64,000 bases of DNA from assembly GCA_965204005.1 (NCBI GenBank), contig OZ241970.1, positions 4,805,109 to 4,869,108 of the forward strand, read 5' to 3'. Both the position numbers and the translations under genes were made by a program. A model generated the notes under the pieces. It was not told the DNA's origin, made no database searches, and saw nothing but the letters and a program-made list of their open reading frames with translations. This document shows positions 22,795 through 30,761 of the stretch, one piece after another. The stretch is from Candidatus Versatilivorator sp. GTDB lineage: Bacteria > Acidobacteriota > Terriglobia > Versatilivoradales > Versatilivoraceae. Every line of letters begins with the position of its first letter. The first letter of the stretch is position 1.

Positions 22795-25700
22795 ATGCGT
22801 TCCTGGCTGTCTATCCTGTTTCTGACCGGTCTCGGCATCTCGATCAGTTCCCACCAGGGCCTCACCCGGACCGCCGACGTCTCGAGAGCTCTGAGCCCGG
22901 TCCTATCCAACTACGAACTGGTTCGCATGCCGCCCGGGGCGATCGAACGGCAGGTGCGTACTACGGGAGAGCTGCGGTTCCGGTTCAACGACACCGACTT
23001 CTACTTCAATCTCGAACCTCATGATATGCGTGCCCCCAACTACCGGGCGGTGGAGGTAGGACCCGGAGGGGTGAGGAGGACCCTTCCCCCCAAGCCGGTG
23101 CACACCTTCAAGGGAGTGTTGGCGGGACGGGAGGACACCCGCGGCCGATTCAACCTGATCGACGGCGGGGTGGAGGGAGTCGTCTACGCCCCCGAGGGCT
23201 GGGTCTACCTGGAGCCTTTGGGGAACTATCTTCCCAGCGCCCCAACCGGAGAGTTGGTGGTCTACAGGCATGCGGACATCAAGCCTGGTGAAGAACCGGA
23301 GCGCGGCCTCTCACTGCCCCGGCGCTTGCAGCGGGGCGTGAATCGGGTGGAGGCGCGGGTTCATGGGGCTACGCACACCCGCTATGTGGTTGATGTGGCC
23401 ACCGAAGCCGACTACGAATACGTGCGGGTGTTGGGAGGGTCAGCCGAGGCTAACCGTGAAATCGGGGGCATCCTGAACCTGGTGGATGGGGTGTATCGGA
23501 ATGAACTGCGGCTGCGGTTGCAAATTGGCTTCCAGCACACCTGGGATACTCCCAACGATCCCTACTCGGCCACTAACGTTTTTGATCTGTTGAACCAGTT
23601 CGAAGCCTATTGGAACTCCAACTTCGCGGCGGAGCGGGATTATGACCTCGCCCACCTCTGGACCGGGACGGACCATGACGTTCACCGGGGAGTGGCCTAC
23701 CAGTCGGTTGTTTGTGCGGTCAGATCCAAGAGCTACGGTCTCTCAAAGCACAACCATGTCGGACTCCACATGCTGGCAAAGTACATTAACTGCCGCCCAC
23801 GAGATCGGCCACAATCTGGGAGCCACCCATCCGTTCCGCGCGGGTAGTTCCTATTCTCCTTCCGAAGGAGCCTGCTCCACCAGCATCATGTGGCCTGGAA
23901 CGGTTCAAGGCTCGGGGTTGACGTTCTGCAGATTGTCACGAGAAGAAATTGAAGAATACCTCTCAGGCAACAATCACTGCCTGACCCGGGAACCGCTCCT
24001 TTTGGAGCCGCCGACTCACCTCAGGATCTCGCGTTCTTCCTTCTCACCGGCGACTTCCTCCCGGGTTGACCTGGCCTGGCGGGACAACAGCGCCGTTGAG
24101 ACGGGATTCATCGTGGAGCGCCGCAGGGTAGGTTGGAGCCAATGGTCCGAACTGGAAAGAACAGGGCCCAACATAAGGACATTCTCAAACACGGGGTTGT
24201 TCCCCGGAATCACCTACATCTACCGGGTGCGGGCCTTCAATGACGCCGAATATTCCGCCTACTCGAATGAAGTCGAGGCGACGGCCGCATCCGGGCCGCG
24301 GACACCGGAGAATTGGATCATCGACACCGTCGCCGGCAGCGGGAGGGGCAGACCGCATCACCGCTATCCGGGAAATTTTGTCGGCAGCTACGGGGGAGAC
24401 GGGGGCCCGGCGGTCGAGGGCGATCTGAATTATCCGCAGGGCGTAGCCGTGGACGGGTCGGGGAACCTTTACATCGCCGACACTGGGAACCACCGCATCC
24501 GTCGGGTAGATGCCAACGGGGTCATCAGTACTGTTGCGGGTACCGGACAGCGTACCGATAGAGAAGTTCATGTTGGAGGCTGGATCGGGAAATACGGGGG
24601 GGACGGCGGTCCGGCGGTCAAGGCGCACCTCAACTTTCCGACAGCGGTGGCCGTGGATGGGGCAGGAAACCTCTACGTCGCCGATTCCTGGAACAACCTC
24701 ATTCGCCGGGTAGATGCCGAGGGAACCATCAGCACCGTCGCCGGCAGCGGGACGGGAACAGGGAGGGATAGGTACTACAATCAACGCAGCTACAGTGGAG
24801 ACGGCGGTCCGGCGATTGAGGCGCGCCTGTACCATCCGGCAGGCGTGGCCGTGGACGGGTCGGGGAACCTCTACATCGCCGATACCGGGAACGGCCGCAT
24901 CCGTCGGGTGGATCGTAGCGGGATCATCACCACCGTCGCTGGGAACGGGATGTCCGACTACAGTGGAGACGGGGGCCCGGCGGTCGAGGCGAGTTTCCGA
25001 GCTGCGGTAACGGTTGCCCTGGATGGGTTGGGGAACCTCTACATCGCCGATGCCGGGAACGGCCGCATCCGTCGGGTGGATCGCAGCGGGATCATCACCA
25101 CCATCGCGGGTATCGGTCAGGGCCGATTCAGCAGATTGCCCGGACCGGCGAATATGGCCGTCCTGGACAATCCCACGGGAGTCGCCGCGGACGGATTGGG
25201 CAACGTCTTCGTCTCTGATACATGGAACAACCACATCCGCCGGATCGATGCCATGGGCATCATGACCACGATCGCTGGCACGTTGAACCCTCTGGGCTAT
25301 CCGCAAGAGGATTTCAGCGGAGACGGCGGACCGGCGATCCGGGCGGGTTTGGGCTTCCCCAGGCGCATTGCGGTGAGCACTTCGGGAACCGTCTATTTCG
25401 CCGATACATGGAACCACCGCATTCGAGCGTTGGCAAGGCCGCCACAGGCTCCCACCCGCCTGGCGGCAACAGCAGTCTCTTCCTCCCGGATCAAACTCGC
25501 CTGGCAGAGCAACAGCGCCAACCAGGAGGGGTTCAGGATTGAGCGACGGGTCGCAAGGAGGGCGAATTGGAGTGAGATCGGGAGGACAGCCGCCAACGCC
25601 CGCCGGTTTACGGATATGGGTCTGAAGCCGAGCACAACCCATGAGTACCGCGTGCGGGCGTTCAACGCCGTTCAGTCTTCCGACCACTCCAACGTGGCCA

Positions 25701-27427
25701 GGGCGACGACCCTGGAGGCATTGCCCCCGGCCCTGATGCGGTTTGCACCGGCGCAGGGGCCCGTGGGAACCCGGGTTACGCTTACAGGTACCGGTCTATT
25801 CGAAGCCACTTCTATCGAGTTCAACGGAGTCAGCGCGCCCGACTTTGAGATCGTGTCGGGGACGACTATCGAAGTTTTCGTCCCCAAGGGAGCTGCCAGC
25901 GGCCCGATCAGCGTGGTGGCGCCTGGAGGGACGGTCGTTAGCGCCGATCCCTTCACCGTCACGACCGGGATCCGCAGCCGCTTGTTCGTGCCCATTGTGC
26001 TGCGGGCGCAGGGGCGCACGCCGGGCTCCTTCTTTACCTCCGAGCTGACTCTCACCAATCCGGGAACCACTACGGCAACCATCCGCCATACCTACGAGGC
26101 AGCTTTCGGGGGAGGCTCAGGCACGGCCGTGGATTCCCTGGAGCCCGGCCGGCAACGGGTCATTCCCGACGCCATTGCCTATCTGACCTCCCTGGGCGTT
26201 CCCATCGGGAGCGGTTCGGCAGGCGGCACGCTGGCGGTGGATTTCTCCAACCTCTCCTCCCCCTCGGCTGCCGCCGTCACCGTGAGGGTCAGCACCCCGG
26301 TCGAAGAGGGAAGCGGGCGTGCCGGCCTGGCCTTCCCGGGATTGACCCCCGATGGCCTGCTCACCGGCCCTGCTTTCGTTACCGGTTTGCGACAGAACCG
26401 GCAGGATCGCTCCAACCTGGCAGTCCAGAACGCGGACGTCGGCGGTGAGGAGCGCATCACCTTGAGGGTGACGGTTTACTCCGGAGACGCGGAAGCACCG
26501 GGAAGCCTGGTGCTGCCGGAGCTGTCGCTGCCTCCGGGAGGATTCCACCAGTACAACGGCATCCTTACCCAGGCCGGCTTCGACAACGGCTACGTGAAGG
26601 TGGAGCGGGTTGAGGGGGAAGCGCCCTACTATGCCTACGGGGTCATCAACGACAACTTCAACTCGGACGGGTCGTTTGTCTTTCCGGTGAGAGAGGACTC
26701 CTTGGCAGGCAAGACGGGGCAGACCCTGCCGGTCATCATCGAAACCAGGGACTTCGCGAGCGAATTGACGGTGACGAACTTCTCTTCGGCGCCCAGGATG
26801 GTGGAGTTCCGCTTCGTGGCCGAGGCGGTGGAGACCGATGACGACACGGCCAGGTTCAGTCTGAGGCTGGAGGCGGGTGAGCAGCGAATCCTTCCCGCGA
26901 TGGTCGACTGGCTGCGACGGCAGGAGGTGGCGGGGATTGGCGCAGCCGACGAGGTCTTCGTGGGGGCGGTGTTCGCCACGGTGGCCGAGGGAGACATGAG
27001 CGGGATCGTATTGGGAGCCAGGACGGGGTCGCCGGACGGGAGAGGGGGGCAGTATGGCCTCTTCTACAACGGGGTTCCGTATGGTTCGGCCTCAACGACG
27101 AGTGCCTGGATCTATGGTCTGCAGCAGAACGAGGAGAACCGGAGCAACCTGGCGCTGGTCAACACGGGGGTGGTCGACGATAGCGATATTACCCTTGAGA
27201 TCGACATTTACGACGGTGCCGAAGACTCTCAGCCGATCACCAGGAGCGTGAGGCTCGGTCCCCGGCGTTGGCACCAGCTCAACGGGATTCCGGGCAGCAG
27301 GAGACAAGGATACGTCGAGGTGAGGAAGACCCTGGGAGAGAACCCGTTTATCGCCTACGGGGTGATCAACGACGGTGCCAGGCGGGGTCAGCGAAGCGGA
27401 GACGGCGCCTTCCTGCCCAGCCAATAA
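22795..27427 (+). pseudogene. Giant secreted reprolysin-like zinc metalloprotease - FN3 - NHL beta-propeller repeats - FN3 - IPT/TIG - duplicated C-terminal domain. Interrupted by a +1 frameshift near 23745-23795 (a pseudogene or an assembly error).
   Basis: Frame 1 (22795-23847) carries the propeptide and start of the catalytic domain. The zinc motif AAHEIGHNLGATH lies in frame 2 (ORF 23642-27427). There are at least 6 NHL-type repeats (GDGGPA...P.GVAVDG.GNLYIADTGN.RIRRVD), two FN3 domains (YRVRAFN) and one TIG-like domain. Confidence 0.75.
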
Positions 27428-27499
27428 CCGAGTCGGCCATCACTCGATCCGGAACTTTCATATCGGCCGGAAACTCGTCGCTGAGGATCTTGGCATGGA

Positions 27500-28429
27500 T
27501 CAGATCTCCGGGATGGCCAGGTCGGACGCGCCCGGCTGGGACATGACGGCGTCCGGGTAGTAGCGCTCGATCAGGTCGGCCGCGATGCGGGCGCGGCGGA
27601 CGCGTTCCCTGGAAAGGGCGATGGCGGTAGGATCGATGTGGGTCCCGCTGGGGTAGATGTCGGGGGCGTTGCGCAGGCCCAGCTTGACATAGACGGGGGA
27701 GAGCAGCCGGATGAATTCGGGGATCTCGAAGTGGCGGACGAATCCTCCGAAGTTGTCGGGAGTCTCCACGTAGAGGTCCAGCGGCAGGGAGACCGCCTCC
27801 CGGATGGAGGCCAGCAGCGGCAGCGGCAGGTCGGAGGAGACGTTGAAGGTGTTGCCCCCGAAATCTTCCAATATCTTGACGGAAATCGGATTGGTGGCGC
27901 TGAGCTGGACCGAGATCTTGACCACCAGGTTGGCGGGCAGCTCCCCCGATTGCTTCAGTTGATTGACCAGCCACAACAGCCCCAGGTCGGCCACCAGGAT
28001 GCCCCGCAACCCCAGTTCGCATCCCCGCTTGATGTCCTCCACGGCGTATACGACCTGGTCCATCCCCCTCAAGCCCAGGCCGATGTTCTTGCCGGCGGCC
28101 GTCAGGGGCTGAGCTCCGATATCGAAGGTGGCCCGCGGTCCCACGAACAGGCTCACCTCCATCTGCCGGTCTCGGGCCATCTTCAGCATGTCCTTGATCT
28201 CGTCGTCGGTCATCAGCATGATTCCGCTGCCCTGGCTGACCCGATGGATGGTGAGCCGGTAGCGCTCGGCTTCCTCGATGACCGCCCGCAGGCAGCGCGG
28301 GCCCTCGACGCTGGGGATTTCGAAGCGATACTGAGCCCCGTCCGGAAAACGCTTGGGCGTGCTCCGGAGGGCGTAGCCGTCGCCCCAGGGGAGACCGAGC
28401 TTTTTCAAGTAATCGCGAGTCGCCTTCAT
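27500..28429 (-). CDS. Conserved hypothetical protein (possibly TIM-barrel-like); family not recognised
   Basis: Start moved to the ATG at 28429 (MKATRDYLKKLGLPWGD...), which has an RBS-like GGAAAGGAA. The upstream extension in the ORF track runs through a repeat element. Confidence 0.5.
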   Translation of the reverse strand: MKATRDYLKKLGLPWGDGYALRSTPKRFPDGAQYRFEIPSVEGPRCLRAVIEEAERYRLTIHRVSQGSGIMLMTDDEIKDMLKMARDRQMEVSLFVGPRATFDIGAQPLTAAGKNIGLGLRGMDQVVYAVEDIKRGCELGLRGILVADLGLLWLVNQLKQSGELPANLVVKISVQLSATNPISVKILEDFGGNTFNVSSDLPLPLLASIREAVSLPLDLYVETPDNFGGFVRHFEIPEFIRLLSPVYVKLGLRNAPDIYPSGTHIDPTAIALSRERVRRARIAADLIERYYPDAVMSQPGASDLAIPEI

Positions 28430-28481
28430 GGTTGGTTCCTTTCCAGTCAAATGGGACGGTTTCGAGCGGCGCCCCGGGGTC

Positions 28482-28538
28482 GTTTCAGGCAAGCCGCGCC
28501 CCCGCCCCCACGACGGGCGGATCATTCGAGAGTGAAAC
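28482..28538 (+). repeat. REP-like nested palindrome, family R1, copy 1
   Basis: GTTTCAGGCAAG-CCGCGCCCCCGCCCCCACGACGGGCGG-ATCATTCGAGAGTGAAAC. The outer arms GTTTCA/TGAAAC enclose a GC-rich inner hairpin. Confidence 0.8.
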
Positions 28539-28557
28539 AGGGGGGCGTTGATAAAGA

Positions 28558-28597
28558 CGAACCACGAATGAACACGAATAGACACGAATACGAATGG
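28558..28597 (-). repeat. Tandem ATTCGTG-type 10-bp periodic run (reverse orientation)
   Basis: The reverse complement ccattcgtattcgtgtctattcgtgttcattcgtggttcg is related to the runs at 33282-33311 and 51431-51470. Confidence 0.7.
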
Positions 28598-28685
28598 ATC
28601 TCTTTCGGCTTTTCTTCGTGGCCTATCGGCAACAAGGACCCTGTCCGGTTGATCCGGTTATCTACCTATTGAACATCGATGCACA

Positions 28686-28803
28686 GGATGCACAGGATTA
28701 ACAGGACGAGAGGCTGTTGCAAAGGAAGCTGACTCACGCGAAACGAGACACTGGATACCTGCAATCGGGGCAAGGGGGTTGAGGACGATAATCCTGTGCA
28801 TCC
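28686..28803. repeat. Long-loop hairpin whose arms are tandem GCACAGGAT units
   Basis: ggatgcacaggat (28686-28698) is perfectly complementary to atcctgtgcatcc (28791-28803). The left arm is embedded in gatgcacaggatgcacaggattaacagga. Confidence 0.65.
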
Positions 28804-28904
28804 ATGTAAAAAATCTTTTTGCGCTCGGGGCCGAGACCAAACGCCGGAACTTGAAGGGCGTCACTTCGTGTCCTTGGTGGATTTCTTTTTCCCCTTCCTG
28901 TTTT

Positions 28905-28955
28905 CTTCGTGGCTCTTCGTCGTCCTTCGTGCGTCTTCGTGGATAACTCTTTTTT
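28905..28955 (+). repeat. CTTCGTG tandem-run module ending in GGATAACTCTTTTTT, fused to R1 copy 2
   Basis: cttcgtggctcttcgtcgtccttcgtgcgtcttcgtggataactctttttt is about 90% identical to 33354-33400. Confidence 0.75.
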
Positions 28956-29012
28956 GTTTCAGACAAGTTCCGCCCCCGCCCCGACGACGGGCAGATCATT
29001 CGAGGGTGAAAC
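28956..29012 (+). repeat. REP-like nested palindrome, family R1, copy 2
   Basis: gtttcagacaagttccgcccccgccccgacgacgggcagatcattcgagggtgaaac. Confidence 0.8.
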
Positions 29013-29094
29013 CAATCGTATTTCAAGACAGAAGCCATCAAGTCTCATGGTTTCAATCGGTTCCACGGGATGCAGCTACCTGGGCGCCAGAATT

Positions 29095-29153
29095 GTTTCA
29101 GACAAGCCGCGCCCCCGCCCCCGACGACGGGGCGGATCATTCGAGGGTGAAAC
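29095..29153 (+). repeat. REP-like nested palindrome, family R1, copy 3
   Basis: gtttcagacaagccgcgcccccgcccccgacgacggggcggatcattcgagggtgaaac. Confidence 0.8.
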
Positions 29154-29362
29154 AACGGATCAATGTGAAAGAATAGGCCCCCAGCGAGACTCCGGCAGCT
29201 ACGCCCCGTTTAGGCATTGGTGCCCCGTGCCCCAAGACAAGTCTGGGTCCGAGCAGGCCATCATTCATTAGTGAGGCTTCCCCGGAAGCTCTCCTCAAGG
29301 CAAGAATCCGAACGACCACGCCAACTCGGGCCGGAGCCCTCGCCCTCGAGGAGGCCAATCTC

Positions 29363-30757
29363 ATGCAAAAGAGCAGGAAAGTCAACACGAAGGCGAAGAA
29401 GAAGCGCAGCCGTTCGACAGCCTTGTCGCGGATCCACCCCCAGGTGGCAGGGATCGACCTGGGGAGTCGGGAGCACTGGGTGTGCGCTCCGGAGGTAACC
29501 CCAGGGAAGCCGAACGTGCGCACCTTCGGCACCACCATGGAGCAACTGCAGCACCTGGCCGACTGGTTGCTGGAGCAAGGGGTGGAGTCGGTAGCGATGG
29601 AGAGCACCTCGGTGTATTGGATTCCGCTCTATGAACTGCTGGAGTCCTGCGGCATGGAGGTCTTGCTGGTCAACGCCCGGCAGCTGCGCCACGTTCCGGG
29701 CCGCAAGACCGACATGCGGGACTGCCAGTGGATTCAGTTGCTGCACAGCTGCGGCTTGCTGCGGGGATCCTTCCGTCCGCACGAGATCACCGTCCGGATC
29801 CGGACCCTGCACCGGCAACTGAGCACTCTGATGGCCGAGAGTACCCGCTTTGTGCAGTGGATGCAGAAGGCGCTGGATCAGATGAACGTCCAGATCCATC
29901 GTGCGGTCACCGATCTGACCGGTCAGACGGGGATGGCGATCGTGCGGGCGATTGTCGACGGAGAACGGGACCCGGTCCGGCTGGCAGCCCTGCGCGATGG
30001 ACGGTGTAAGAAGTCCAGCCGGGAGTTTGCCGAGCACCTCAGAGGCAACTGGCGCGACGAGCATCTGTTCAACCTCCAGTCGGCGCTGAAGCTCTACGAC
30101 ATGACGCAACGCGAGATCGCGGCCTACGAGGCACGCATCCTGGAGGAAATCCGAGCGCTGCAACCGGTGGAGCGCCGCGACCAGTCCGTGCCGAAGCATC
30201 CCAATGCGATCAAGGAAAAGGCGATTCGCCGCCGAGGCGGGCACCACCTGCGCACCGAACTGTGGCGCTTTGCCGGGGTCGACCTGACGCGCATCGACGG
30301 CATCGGCACCGAAGCTGCCCTGACCCTGCTGACTGAGGCCGGCCTCGACCTGACGGCCTTCCCCTCGGAGAAGCACTTCGTGTCCTGGCTGCGCCTGGCT
30401 CCAAAAACGGCCTTTTCCGCAGGCAAGCCGCTCCGCTACAAGAAGGCCAACGGCACCGGGTCTACTCGCGCCGCCGCCGTCCTGCGCATGGCAGCCGTCT
30501 CTCTGAAGCACTCCAAGACCGCTCTCGGAGCCGCCTTCCGTCGCAAGGCCCGCCACAAGGGATGGAGTGTCGCCGTCTTCTCCATGGCCCGCAGACTCGC
30601 CGTTCTCGTCTACCGAATGCTGCGCTACGGCCAGGACTACATCGACATCGGGGAAGCGTGCTACGAAGACCGGTTCCGGCGACGCCGCCTCGCGGGCCTC
30701 ACAGATGCTGCTAAGTCTCTTGGTTTCAAACTGGTGCCACAATCTACAGCCGCCTGA
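29363..30757 (+). CDS. IS110-family (DEDD) transposase/recombinase
   Basis: VAGIDLGSREHWV, VAMESTSVYWIPLYELL and GRKTDMRDCQWIQLLH are hallmark IS110 N-terminal RuvC-like motifs. The C-terminal part is a Tnp_20-like domain. GAGGAGG RBS. Confidence 0.9.
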   Translation: MQKSRKVNTKAKKKRSRSTALSRIHPQVAGIDLGSREHWVCAPEVTPGKPNVRTFGTTMEQLQHLADWLLEQGVESVAMESTSVYWIPLYELLESCGMEVLLVNARQLRHVPGRKTDMRDCQWIQLLHSCGLLRGSFRPHEITVRIRTLHRQLSTLMAESTRFVQWMQKALDQMNVQIHRAVTDLTGQTGMAIVRAIVDGERDPVRLAALRDGRCKKSSREFAEHLRGNWRDEHLFNLQSALKLYDMTQREIAAYEARILEEIRALQPVERRDQSVPKHPNAIKEKAIRRRGGHHLRTELWRFAGVDLTRIDGIGTEAALTLLTEAGLDLTAFPSEKHFVSWLRLAPKTAFSAGKPLRYKKANGTGSTRAAAVLRMAAVSLKHSKTALGAAFRRKARHKGWSVAVFSMARRLAVLVYRMLRYGQDYIDIGEACYEDRFRRRRLAGLTDAAKSLGFKLVPQSTAA

Positions 30758-30761
30758 ACTG

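Noticed and set aside
28482-29153. Possible degenerate CRISPR array. The R1 units begin with GTTTCA and end with GAAAC around a GC-rich hairpin, reminiscent of some type I repeat sequences.
   Set aside because: - The units are 57-59 bp, too long for CRISPR repeats.
- Spacing is irregular (417 and 82 bp).
- Copies are dispersed singly elsewhere, including in inverted orientation.
- No cas genes are in the window.

The pattern fits REP-like elements better.
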